Below are positions 54,087 through 62,770 of a DNA stretch of 64,000 nucleotides, in pieces. The notes below the pieces were generated by a model. The model made no database searches, had not been told where the DNA came from, and saw only the letters and a program-made list of their open reading frames with translations. Where the stretch lies: assembly GCA_023265595.1 (NCBI GenBank), contig JAHFSU010000007.1:1440-65439 (forward strand), in the 5' to 3' direction. Every line of letters starts with the position of its first letter. Position 1 is the first letter of the stretch. Made by a program: the position numbers and the translations under genes. This DNA is from Deltaproteobacteria bacterium (GTDB lineage: Bacteria; UBA10199; SPLOWO2-01-44-7).

Positions 54087-55400
54087 ATGGCGGTTCTATT
54101 GTCCACAGGCCTTGCACCTCTTTTCTCCTTTCAGGCATCTCTTCAATCAGCCGGGTTTGGTGCAGAGGCAAGCACTTTGCAGGCATTGTCTTTTGCCACA
54201 GCATTGGGGAATGGACAGGGGAGTAAGGCATTACAAGAGGTGGTCGATACTTTCGCGAACGATCCGAAAATACAACTGAGATTGGGAAAAATAGATGGGT
54301 TGGGGCCTTGCCGTTTAAAACCCATCTCCCCACTCGATTTTGTCCTTGCCTTGGATGCCCGTAGGGGAACGTCCCCCTCTCATGCCCACGATGCTCTTCT
54401 TTTTCCTAGGGCACCAAGCTCCCCCGAAAAAAATGAAAAACCAAAACCGGAATTTCTCTGTGGTGTTGAGGCTATTACCACATCCCGTTTTACGCGGGGA
54501 ATTTGGCATGCCTCTTCTCAAGCCGAGGAGTCGTTGAAGAGCGCAAGGAAAGAGATTCAATTTGAGGCACTCCTCTTTTTTGCCATTGGAAAAACCAGAT
54601 CGTATGAGCCCGGAGAGGTGGGAAAAGCCCTATTGGCCAAGGTTGCCGACACCGGTGTCGACCCGGAAAGAAGGATGGCCGCTCTCGAGTGTCTTGTTGA
54701 GATACTCTCTGACGCAAAAAACGGGTTCTATCTGGTGAGAGTTGCCCTTCCCCTTTCCCAGACTTTGAAAAAACTTTTTCTGGACCCCAAAGAAGATGAG
54801 GTCATCCAAAAAATGGCCTTTGTTGTCTATCAAAAACTTTGGTTGAACGGAGGTCCGTTTTATCTGGGAACCGATGAATGCCGGTTAGAATTGGCTTTTT
54901 TAAAAGATTTTTTCCTCTCTGAAAAACACCCACCGGAAATCCGGATCAATCTGATGAACTTGTATTGGGAACTTCTTTATCTGCATGACAAAATCCGGAA
55001 TAAACAGTTTTCTTCCAAAACGGCTTTGGCCCTCTTTTTCTTAAGCATTTTTGAAGATCAGAAGCGCCATCCCCATGTCCGTCTGAAAGCCCTTTCTCTG
55101 GCTACTGTCCTGCGACACGTAGAAGCTTTTGGTTCCATCCTCCAATCGCTGAAAAGAATTCTCAAATCGGAGGAGAGGTTTGGAAACGATTTTCAGACAT
55201 ATCTTTATGAAACAGTACATGATGGAACCGGAAGGGAAATATTTTACAGTAAGAAATTGGCACCCCGATTGATCTCTTTATTTGAATTATTTGCAAAAAG
55301 AGATGGGACGCCCCCCTCCCTCCAAGCCCAGTTGCGAAATTCCATACGCTACCTCAAAGGAGATTCCGGGCCACCCCCCGAAGAAGGAGAAAAAGTCTAG
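54087..55400 (+). CDS. hypothetical secreted protein (helical-repeat-like)
   Basis: Signal-like MAVLLSTGLAPLFSFQA. An alternative TTG start lies at 54069. No family recognised. Confidence 0.5.
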   Translation: MAVLLSTGLAPLFSFQASLQSAGFGAEASTLQALSFATALGNGQGSKALQEVVDTFANDPKIQLRLGKIDGLGPCRLKPISPLDFVLALDARRGTSPSHAHDALLFPRAPSSPEKNEKPKPEFLCGVEAITTSRFTRGIWHASSQAEESLKSARKEIQFEALLFFAIGKTRSYEPGEVGKALLAKVADTGVDPERRMAALECLVEILSDAKNGFYLVRVALPLSQTLKKLFLDPKEDEVIQKMAFVVYQKLWLNGGPFYLGTDECRLELAFLKDFFLSEKHPPEIRINLMNLYWELLYLHDKIRNKQFSSKTALALFFLSIFEDQKRHPHVRLKALSLATVLRHVEAFGSILQSLKRILKSEERFGNDFQTYLYETVHDGTGREIFYSKKLAPRLISLFELFAKRDGTPPSLQAQLRNSIRYLKGDSGPPPEEGEKV

Positions 55401-55438
55401 TTGGAGCATATGTTAACAGGTAACATATGCACGAAATG

Positions 55439-55621
55439 TCTAGAACCTATCTCATAAATCTGACGAAAGCGAAATTTTGATTTTTCGAGAGAGACGAGGA
55501 GGATGAGCAAAAAGCCCGCAGGCGTAGCCGTAGCTACGTTGAGGACTTTTTGCGAAATCCGACGAAGTCACAGCCGAAAAGGCAAAATTGCAGCCGGAAT
55601 GATTTATGAGATAGATTCTAG
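55439..55621. mobile_element. 183-bp MITE with 21-bp terminal inverted repeats
   Basis: tctagaacctatctcataaatc ... gatttatgagatagattctag (20 of 21 complementary). The interior is an imperfect long palindrome. Confidence 0.75.
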
Positions 55622-55658
55622 TTGCGGCTTCCTTTTTTTGCGATAAACAGGGTCTCCC

Positions 55659-56870
55659 ATGCAAAAAAATAAGAGTGAAGTCCTTCTTTTGACGGTACGC
55701 GGAAGAGATCTCCCCGGCATCACCTCGCGGCTCACCTTAATTATTGCCAAAGACCGGAAGGCAAAAATCCTGGATGTGGAACAGACGGTCGTTCATAAAA
55801 AACTGATTTTGTCGATTTTGCTCGCCTTCCCCGGAAAAAATTCCGACAAATCTCCGCTGTTGAAAGAGTTGCTGTTTGCCGCCAATGATTTGGGGGTGGA
55901 GCTCTCCTTTGAAGTCTTTGATGCCCAATTGCTCGGCGAAGAGAGGAGTCATCATCAATATGTGATCACCTGCCTTGGAGAAGAAGTAGGGGCCTACCCT
56001 TTAAGCCAGATTGCACTGGCGCTGGCCAAGCGAGGAGTCAATATCGACAAAATTTCGAAACTGGCTTTGAAAAATATCAGCGCGGTGGAACTCATTGCGC
56101 ATGCCAAAAAACCTCTCGAACCGAAGCTGCTCACGCGCGAATTGCTGGGTCTCAGTCATAAAATCGGCGTCGATATCGCTATTCAAAAACATGATCTTTT
56201 ACGGAGGGCCAAACGGCTGGTGCTGATGGATATGGACTCGACGCTGATCCAATCGGAGGTGATCGACGCGCTGGCCAAAAAAGCGGGGGTTTTGAAAAAA
56301 GTCGCGGCGATTACGGCAAAGGCGATGAATGGGGGGCTCCCCTTTTCACAAAGCCTCAAAAAAAGAGTGGCTCTCTTGAAGGGCTTGAGTCTCAAAGATT
56401 TGGAGGCGACCTACAAGGAGTTGAAACTGACGCAGGGGGCGGCCAAACTGCTCAAGGTTTTGAAGCAACTGGGATACAAAACGGCGCTGGTCAGCGGCGG
56501 GTTTACCTATTTTACCGAGCGGCTTAAAAAAGATTTGGGGTTTGATTACGCCTTTGCAAATCAGCTTGAGGTGCGCGGCGGACGGCTGACCGGAAAGGTG
56601 TTGGCGCCGATTATCGATGCGAAACGAAAGGCGCTGATTTTGGAGACGATTGCGCAGGGGGAAAAAATCGCGCTCGATCAGACGATTGCGATTGGGGACG
56701 GCGCCAACGATTTGATGATGCTGACCAAAGCGGGTTTAGGGATTGCCTTTCAGGCCAAACCGTACGTGAGAGAGCGGGCGCATTATTCGATTTCAAAACA
56801 CACAACGCTCGATTCCATTTTATATCTTTTGGGCATTTCAGAGAGGGAGATAGAAAGCCTGTCGCGGTGA
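55659..56870 (+). CDS. serB: phosphoserine phosphatase SerB with N-terminal ACT domains
   Basis: HAD motifs LVLMDMDSTL and GDGANDL. N-terminal ACT-like repeats. Confidence 0.9.
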   Translation: MQKNKSEVLLLTVRGRDLPGITSRLTLIIAKDRKAKILDVEQTVVHKKLILSILLAFPGKNSDKSPLLKELLFAANDLGVELSFEVFDAQLLGEERSHHQYVITCLGEEVGAYPLSQIALALAKRGVNIDKISKLALKNISAVELIAHAKKPLEPKLLTRELLGLSHKIGVDIAIQKHDLLRRAKRLVLMDMDSTLIQSEVIDALAKKAGVLKKVAAITAKAMNGGLPFSQSLKKRVALLKGLSLKDLEATYKELKLTQGAAKLLKVLKQLGYKTALVSGGFTYFTERLKKDLGFDYAFANQLEVRGGRLTGKVLAPIIDAKRKALILETIAQGEKIALDQTIAIGDGANDLMMLTKAGLGIAFQAKPYVRERAHYSISKHTTLDSILYLLGISEREIESLSR

Positions 56871-56871
56871 G

Positions 56872-56963
56872 GTCATTCCGGCGAAACTTGTCCCGTACTG
56901 CGATACGGGAGCCGGAATCCAGAAGTGTTTGAAATTATGGATCCCGACTTTCGTCGGGATGAC
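56872..56963. mobile_element. palindromic element, family 2 (two-module form)
   Basis: gtcattccggc...gccggaatccagaag-N-ggatcccgactttcgtcgggatgac. Confidence 0.85.
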
Positions 56964-56971
56964 AAATTTAT

Positions 56972-57142
56972 TTACTTCTTATCTTTCTCGTCTTTATCCT
57001 CATCCGTTAAATCGTGCGTCCCTTTTTTGAATTCCTTGATGCTTTTTCCCAAGGAACGGGCCAGCTCCGGCAATCTTTTGGCACCAAACAGGAGAAGAAC
57101 GATCCCCAAAATGACCAACACTTCTGTCCAACCGATACGCAT
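56972..57142 (-). CDS. tatA: twin-arginine translocase subunit TatA/E
   Basis: 56 aa, [41 protein letters not shown]... AAGGAG SD. Below the ORF-track size cutoff. Confidence 0.9.
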   Translation of the reverse strand: MRIGWTEVLVILGIVLLLFGAKRLPELARSLGKSIKEFKKGTHDLTDEDKDEKDKK

Positions 57143-57207
57143 AAAAACTCCTTCTTTTTAGGGGTTTATAGTCTTTAAACGGCAGGGTGTCAACTTTTTC
57201 ACAAGGT

Positions 57208-57254
57208 ATCCCCTCCATACAACCGGCGGGCAGGCAGCTTCTCGTGAGGGGGAT
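57208..57254. repeat. GC-rich hairpin related to family 3
   Basis: atcccctc...ccggcgggcaggca...gagggggat. Confidence 0.6.
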
Positions 57255-57284
57255 AAAGTGTCACCTGGTGCCTGGCACTATATG

Positions 57285-57692
57285 CTATTTGTAACGGAAG
57301 GGTCTTAGGATGGGGATATCGATGGCCAAGATTTTTTGAGTGACCGAATCGTCCGGAACCTCATTTTTAATCTGCTCGGCCCATTCAAAGCAGGCCAAAA
57401 TCTCCTGAAGACAATATTGCCGATGTTCCCTGTCTTCGGAATCTCTTCCCGCATAAACCTGATTGATACCGCCGATCAGTTGGTCAGAAAGGGCGCCCCG
57501 AAAACGCCGCTCCTCATCGAGGGGGAGATGGAGGTAATAGTCGATAAGAACCCGCTGTAAAACAATTCTGAGATCGTGAATCACCAGACTCAGTGATGCA
57601 ATCGATTCGTGGGTCAGCCTGTCTTGAAAATAACGCCTCACCAGACCGACGATCTGGGCGATATCTTGTTGAATGGGATACTTTTGTTTCAT
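57285..57692 (-). CDS. hypothetical protein
   Basis: 135-aa ORF. No family recognised. Confidence 0.45.
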   Translation of the reverse strand: MKQKYPIQQDIAQIVGLVRRYFQDRLTHESIASLSLVIHDLRIVLQRVLIDYYLHLPLDEERRFRGALSDQLIGGINQVYAGRDSEDREHRQYCLQEILACFEWAEQIKNEVPDDSVTQKILAIDIPILRPFRYK

Positions 57693-57840
57693 TCGTTGTT
57701 AAGTGACACTAGAAATTCTACCAAAAGAAAAGAAAATCCCAAAACAAAAAATGGTGTCATTTTACTGACACTTAGCCGATACCAAAAAAAGTATTAAAAT
57801 GCAGATAGATAAGAGAAGGGTTAAAAATGACTCGTTCTTG

Positions 57841-57868
57841 AAAAAAAGGGGGCCCTTTTGGGGCCCCC
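57841..57868 (-). terminator. intrinsic terminator of comEA
   Basis: The minus strand reads GGGGGCCCCaaaagGGCCCCCttttttt. Confidence 0.75.
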
Positions 57869-57887
57869 GTTTCTCGATAGGCAGGCA

Positions 57888-58268
57888 TTATTGGAGAACG
57901 GCTTGGGATGGAGATTGGGCGGGCTTTGGAGCGGTACTCTGGGAGACGGCTCCCTTTTCCAACCTTGCGCTGGTGGGACCCGAGACGGTGACAAAGGGTT
58001 TCAGTTTGGCAAACCCTTTTTCGCCGATCCCCTTGATCGCCTTCAGCTCCTCAACCCCTTTGAAGGGATGGGCTTGGGCATATTCCCGAACCGCCTCGGC
58101 CCTTTTTTGTCCGATGCCGGGGAGCATCATCAACTGCGCAACGCCGGCTTCGTTAATGTTAACTACGCCGGTCAATTCTCCTTTGGCTTTCCCTTTCGCA
58201 TGGGCTTCCAAACCCATGGCAGAAAGGATGACGGCCAGAGCCAAAACGGCCATTTTTCTTGATCTCAT
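57888..58268 (-). CDS. comEA: ComEA-like helix-hairpin-helix DNA-binding protein
   Basis: Signal peptide, then VNINEAGVAQLMMLPGIGQKRAEAV and LKAIKGIGEKGF HhH motifs. AGGAGG SD before the ATG at 58268. Confidence 0.8.
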   Translation of the reverse strand: MRSRKMAVLALAVILSAMGLEAHAKGKAKGELTGVVNINEAGVAQLMMLPGIGQKRAEAVREYAQAHPFKGVEELKAIKGIGEKGFAKLKPFVTVSGPTSARLEKGAVSQSTAPKPAQSPSQAVLQ

Positions 58269-58296
58269 GAGAGACCTCCTTTTGTCAGCACTAAAA

Positions 58297-58311
58297 GCAA
58301 ATGGTGTGCCA
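58297..58311 (-). promoter_or_regulatory. sigma54 core promoter (TGGCAC-accat-TTGC on the minus strand)
   Basis: The plus strand reads gcaaatggtgtgcca. About 30 nt upstream of the comEA ATG. Confidence 0.6.
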
Positions 58312-58477
58312 GCCGATGGAGGCATTAAAAGGTAGATGGGGAAAAAGGGGTGACGAAAAATGTACACGGGGTGGCCGATTTACGTCGGGGCTTGTTGCAG
58401 AAAGTAGCGGCTACATTCTGTAAGGTTGCGCCCCCCCTCACCCTCGTGCTATCCTTTTTGCGAACAAGGAGGCTTCC

Positions 58478-59035
58478 ATGAAATTGAAAAAGTTGTTTTT
58501 GATTTCGTTGTTTTTGTTACCCACTGCGGTAACTAATGCAAACCAACCAAGTCAGCCAAGCCACATGCGCAGACTTCAACCCCCGACTCCATTCTTCTTT
58601 CACGTTCCACCGAGACCTGCAAACTATTGGGAGGGAGCATGGTGCTATGACAGTGGTTATAGAGGTTCGCACACCGTGGCCGCATTTAAATTAGATGGTG
58701 ACAGAGATGCTCTTGCTTCCGATGCCTATCACCCCGGTAATTCTGTTTTCCTTTTTGTGAAGAGCGCTAATGGTTCACTTACAGCTTCCGAAGAAGAAAA
58801 TGTCGTGCAAGTTGTTTGGGATGAAGGCGGTTCTGGCACATTTAGAATGCGGTTTTATCAACCTGAAATAGCAGTTGGAAGACCAGACCTTGTTTATGTT
58901 GATTTGCTCTCTTCCATTGACGGCGCCTACGGAGCAACTCAGGCCAAACGTGTTCATTACGTCAAAACCAGAAATATCGACACATGTTTAGCTTCTCTGA
59001 ATGATCTGCAACCCTGCGAATGCTCGGTTAAATAA
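58478..59035 (+). CDS. secreted hypothetical protein
   Basis: GGAGG SD. Signal peptide MKLKKLFLISLFLLPTAVTNA. Confidence 0.55.
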   Translation: MKLKKLFLISLFLLPTAVTNANQPSQPSHMRRLQPPTPFFFHVPPRPANYWEGAWCYDSGYRGSHTVAAFKLDGDRDALASDAYHPGNSVFLFVKSANGSLTASEEENVVQVVWDEGGSGTFRMRFYQPEIAVGRPDLVYVDLLSSIDGAYGATQAKRVHYVKTRNIDTCLASLNDLQPCECSVK

Positions 59036-59036
59036 T

Positions 59037-59147
59037 GGGAGCGTTGAAAAATGTCATTCCTGCGAAAGCAGGAATCCAGAAGTTATTGAAATTACTGGAT
59101 CCCCGCTTTCGCGGGGATGACAAAGCGGTGCGTTTTTCAACACTCCC
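59037..59147. mobile_element. composite MITE: outer TIR GGGAGCGTTGAAAAA/TTTTTCAACACTCCC enclosing a family-2 element (59053-59121)
   Basis: Same outer TIR as 16926-17078, but the inner palindrome is of a different family. Confidence 0.8.
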
Positions 59148-59159
59148 TTTCTGCAACCG

Positions 59160-60134
59160 TTATTCGTCCCGTTCGATGACATAATCGGCCAAGGCGATCA
59201 GCGATTCCTTCTCTAGGGAAGGTTTGAAAATGTCGAGATGCGTTTTTGCCCGCTCCACATAATGTTTGGCAAGACGGCGGGTCTCTTTGATCCCGTCGTA
59301 TTTATGGATGATCTCCAAAACCATTTTTAGATCGGACGATTCGATCCGGCCGGTCAAGAGCGAATTTTTGATGATGTGGCTCTCTTTTGTGTCGGCGCTC
59401 CGGAGGGCCACAATCAACGGCAAGGTCAGTTTTCCCTCCCGCAAATCGCTGCCGCGATGCTTCCCGAATTTTTCCTCTTCCGATTCGTAATCCAAGACAT
59501 CATCGGAGAGCTGAAAGGCAATCCCCAAATCGTAGCCGTAGCGCTTGAGGGCCTCCTCGAAGACTTCGGAGACCCCGCCCAAAATGGCGCCGATCCGGCA
59601 ACAAGCCGAGAGCAAAATGGCGGTCTTGCCGCCGATAACCTTCAGATAAATTTCTTCATCGACCGAAAAATCGCTGTGCTTAGTGATCTCCAAAATTTCG
59701 GCCTCGGTCGTGCGGGTGATGGTGTCGGTCACAACTTTAAGCGTTTTGAGACAGCCGTGCTCGACAATGATCTGACTCATTTTGCACCAGAAAAAATCGC
59801 CGACCAAAACACTGATCGAATTGCCCCATTTGGATTTGGTGGAGGGCTTGCCGCGGCGGAGGCCGGCATCATCGACGACATCGTCGTGCAAGAGACTTGC
59901 GGTGTGGATGAGTTCCATCGCGGCCGCCAGTTTGATGGCCGCTTCCCCCTGATAACCGGCGAGCTTGGCCGAAAGGAGTGTCAAAAGAGGACGCAGCCGT
60001 TTGCCGCCGTTTTGGATGATGTATTGAACCACTTCGTTAATTAAAAAAACTTCCGAGTTGAGTTGGGTCGCAAGGCGTTCCTCTACGGCCTTGAGCTCTT
60101 GGGCAACCGGAATGGAAAAGCGGTTGAGGGACAT
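59160..60134 (-). CDS. ispB: all-trans polyprenyl-diphosphate synthase (IspB-like)
   Basis: LLHDDVVDDAGLRRG and FQLSDDVLDY aspartate-rich motifs. Start set at the ATG at 60134. Confidence 0.85.
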   Translation of the reverse strand: MSLNRFSIPVAQELKAVEERLATQLNSEVFLINEVVQYIIQNGGKRLRPLLTLLSAKLAGYQGEAAIKLAAAMELIHTASLLHDDVVDDAGLRRGKPSTKSKWGNSISVLVGDFFWCKMSQIIVEHGCLKTLKVVTDTITRTTEAEILEITKHSDFSVDEEIYLKVIGGKTAILLSACCRIGAILGGVSEVFEEALKRYGYDLGIAFQLSDDVLDYESEEEKFGKHRGSDLREGKLTLPLIVALRSADTKESHIIKNSLLTGRIESSDLKMVLEIIHKYDGIKETRRLAKHYVERAKTHLDIFKPSLEKESLIALADYVIERDE

Positions 60135-60225
60135 TTCGGTTCCTAAATCATTAGTGTGAAATCTTGTCAAAAGAGAACTCGCATGTTAGCAAGTGTCACC
60201 TGGTGCCTGGCACCATGTGCTAGTC

Positions 60226-61011
60226 ATGATGCAAAAAATTTCAAAAGGGTGCTTGGTGGTTCATGGGCTGACCGGTTCTCCGGCCAACCTGATGCCGGTA
60301 ACCGAGGCGCTCCAAAAAGCGGGGTATCTCGTGAGCGCTCCCCTCTTGGCGGGGCATGACGGCGTTCTCAAAACACTCTCCGCTACAACGTGGCGCGATT
60401 GGTACGCCGGCATCGTAAGAGCGCACGACGCCCTCTCTCATCAAGTTGAAAAAGTTTTTTACGCGGGACTTTCGATGGGCTCCCTTCTCGGATTAAAACT
60501 GGCCGAAGAGATGGAAAATCGCCTCGACGGCTTGGCCCTTTTGGGGGCGCCGTGGAAACTTCGCCCCATTTTTAAATATTGTGTGATCCCGGGAATCCGC
60601 TACACCCCGCTCCGCTGGATCATCCGCTCGACCGCAAAAAATTTTGAGGCGAGCGTGCTCTCTCCGTCCGGGCGAGAGTTTTACCGCGAACACAGCTTGC
60701 AAAGAATGCCCGGCCCCGCTGTGTTTCAAATGATGGACCTGTTGGCCGCGGTCAAAAAAAATCTGGCCAAGGTAGAGCAACCGTTGCTGATGATTCACGG
60801 TGTGAAGGATCATCTGGCCGATCCGAAGGGGATGCTCGAAATCAGACGAAGCGTTTCTTCAAAAGAGGTCGAAATGTTAGTCCTCGAAAATTCGGCGCAC
60901 GTTTTGACACTCGATTACGACAAAGAAATAGTAGCTAAGCGGGTTGTCGATTTTTTTGATCGGCTGCTCTCTGATCGGCTTCTCTCCGCCAGCGCTGCAC
61001 AAACAGGGTAG
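60226..61011 (+). CDS. alpha/beta hydrolase (Est-type carboxylesterase/lipase)
   Basis: VVHGLTGSP and GLSMGS nucleophile elbow. The C-terminal tail overlaps the convergent gene. Confidence 0.75.
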   Translation: MMQKISKGCLVVHGLTGSPANLMPVTEALQKAGYLVSAPLLAGHDGVLKTLSATTWRDWYAGIVRAHDALSHQVEKVFYAGLSMGSLLGLKLAEEMENRLDGLALLGAPWKLRPIFKYCVIPGIRYTPLRWIIRSTAKNFEASVLSPSGREFYREHSLQRMPGPAVFQMMDLLAAVKKNLAKVEQPLLMIHGVKDHLADPKGMLEIRRSVSSKEVEMLVLENSAHVLTLDYDKEIVAKRVVDFFDRLLSDRLLSASAAQTG

Positions 61012-61882
61012 GACGCCACGGGGCGCTCAAAAAAATCGAGCCGAACGCAATCGCCTTGGCCCCAAAACCGAAAAGGTCGGTGAGGTCGTTGTAATTCCAA
61101 ACACTGGCGCCAATGACCGGAATTTTGGTGTTTTGCGCCAGCTCCGCCGCCATCTTCCAATTTTGTGGTTGCGCCATTTTTCCCGAAACGCCGCCGCCGC
61201 CAAAGCGGGCCAGCGGTGATTTTTTGTCGGGGAAGATTTGGGCCCACGGAACCGAATTGATGCTGATCGCCTCGACCGTTCCTTCAAGGGCCTTTGCAAT
61301 TTTGAGGTATTCGTGGGTGCAGGAGAGTTTCAAAATCAACGGGAAGGGGGAGATGTACTTCAACGCCTGTGCGGTGTCGATCACGGCTTGCGTGTTTTGC
61401 TGCAGCTCGCCCGGGGAGTTGGGACAGGAGGCATTGATTTCAATTGCTTTGATCACACTGTCACAGCCGGTGGTGTCACGGCCGGTGGTGCCACTGCCGG
61501 CGCGCAAATTTTTCAAACGGATCGTCATCTCCATGTAGTCTTGCAGACTCTCACCGGCAATGGAGACGACAAAATTCCAGCCCGATTTTTCGACCGCCGG
61601 GTAGACCTTTTTGATCCACCAGTCGATTCCGGGGTTGGTCAGGCCGACGGCATTAACTGCGCCGCCGCGCAGTTGGCGCACACAGCGGAAAGGGGCAAAC
61701 CAACGCAAATTACCGCGGCGTGGCTCCAGCGTCAGCGACTTGGTGACAATCGTAAAAAGCCCCGGTTTCAGGAGCCCCACCCAGCGCAAAGGCCACTCCC
61801 ACGGCCAACCTCTTCCGTCAAAAGCCAGCGCCCCCGAGGCCGCCACAAATTCGAAAGAATGTCCGTTGGATAAGGTGATCAT
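60935..61882 (-). CDS. dihydroorotate dehydrogenase-like (class 1 fold) family protein
   Basis: GLTNPG, EINASCPN and GGVSG motifs. The start is set at ATG 61882 because the track N-terminus is repeat-derived. Confidence 0.6.
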   Translation of the reverse strand: MITLSNGHSFEFVAASGALAFDGRGWPWEWPLRWVGLLKPGLFTIVTKSLTLEPRRGNLRWFAPFRCVRQLRGGAVNAVGLTNPGIDWWIKKVYPAVEKSGWNFVVSIAGESLQDYMEMTIRLKNLRAGSGTTGRDTTGCDSVIKAIEINASCPNSPGELQQNTQAVIDTAQALKYISPFPLILKLSCTHEYLKIAKALEGTVEAISINSVPWAQIFPDKKSPLARFGGGGVSGKMAQPQNWKMAAELAQNTKIPVIGASVWNYNDLTDLFGFGAKAIAFGSIFLSAPWRPTLFVQRWRREADQRAADQKNRQPA

Positions 61883-61892
61883 GTTACGAACG

Positions 61893-61982
61893 TCACCCCG
61901 GCGAAAGCCGGGGTCCATTTAATTTAATATCTGGATTCCGGCTGGAGCCTGCCCCGTACTCCGATCCGGGGCCGGAATGACA
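61893..61982. mobile_element. palindromic element, family 2 (two-module form, inverted relative to 56872)
   Basis: gtcaccccggcgaaagccggggtcc-N-ggattccggctggagcctgccccgtactccgatccggggccggaatgac. Confidence 0.85.
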
Positions 61983-62004
61983 GACACGGTTCCAAAATGA
62001 CGTC

Positions 62005-62745
62005 TTACAAAGATTTTAAATAGCTTTCCACAAACCGGCTGATCGACTCTCTCGCCTGCGAGGCACAAAATTGTAGCTGCGGCAACTTCATCGCATCGGC
62101 CGGTTTTTTTGCAAAATGTTCCATCAGCATCATCGGCCGCGCATGCCCCTCCGAATCGACACATTTTTGCAAATCGGGGAGCTCCATCTCGACCGGATCC
62201 AAAATCGCCTTCGCCACCAAAAAGGGGATCAAACGTTGGCAAGCCACCCGCGCAACCGCAGCCCCTTCCATGTCCAAGGCCACACACCCGTGCACCGCGC
62301 CGAGATCGGCCTTTGCGTGCGCGCCGGAAATTACGCGGTTCACCGTCACCAAATTCCCGACACGATGTTCCACCCCACCCTTCTTGCAAGCCTCACGGGC
62401 GGTTTTCAAAAGTTCCGGATCGGCCAAAAAGGTTTCTCCGCTTTCCGCATCCAAAATTTTTTCGCCCAAAATAAGAGAGCCGACAGGGGCAAGCGGCGAA
62501 CACCCTCCCGCGTAGCCCAAAAACAAAAGGGCTTCCGGTTTGCAATCGTTCAAAACCTGATGCAGACTTTTTTGGCTCTTCTCCGCGCCGACTCCGGTAG
62601 TGAGCAACCCCACCTCTTTTCCAAAAAGGAGCCCTCGCCGAAAAACGGCCGGTTTGAAATGGATGGTGCAATCGACCGCCAGTTTTTCTTTCAACTCGCG
62701 GACCTCATCTTGCAGAGCAGCAACGATTAATAATTGTGAACTCAT
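62005..62745 (-). CDS. PNP_UDP_1-family nucleosidase/phosphorylase (MTA/SAH nucleosidase-, futalosine hydrolase- or HpnG-like)
   Basis: LLTTGVGAEKS and ALDMEGAAVA motifs. Start set at the ATG at 62745. Confidence 0.6.
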   Translation of the reverse strand: MSSQLLIVAALQDEVRELKEKLAVDCTIHFKPAVFRRGLLFGKEVGLLTTGVGAEKSQKSLHQVLNDCKPEALLFLGYAGGCSPLAPVGSLILGEKILDAESGETFLADPELLKTAREACKKGGVEHRVGNLVTVNRVISGAHAKADLGAVHGCVALDMEGAAVARVACQRLIPFLVAKAILDPVEMELPDLQKCVDSEGHARPMMLMEHFAKKPADAMKLPQLQFCASQARESISRFVESYLKSL

Positions 62746-62770
62746 AAAAATTTTGCTATTAGTATCCGCC

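Noticed and set aside
57272-57286. TGGCAC-containing sites at 57272 and 60207 as sigma54 promoters
   Set aside because: The GG-to-GC spacing is 8 nt instead of 10, and the -12 element is TGCT after only 4 nt. They belong to a repeated 31-nt motif instead.
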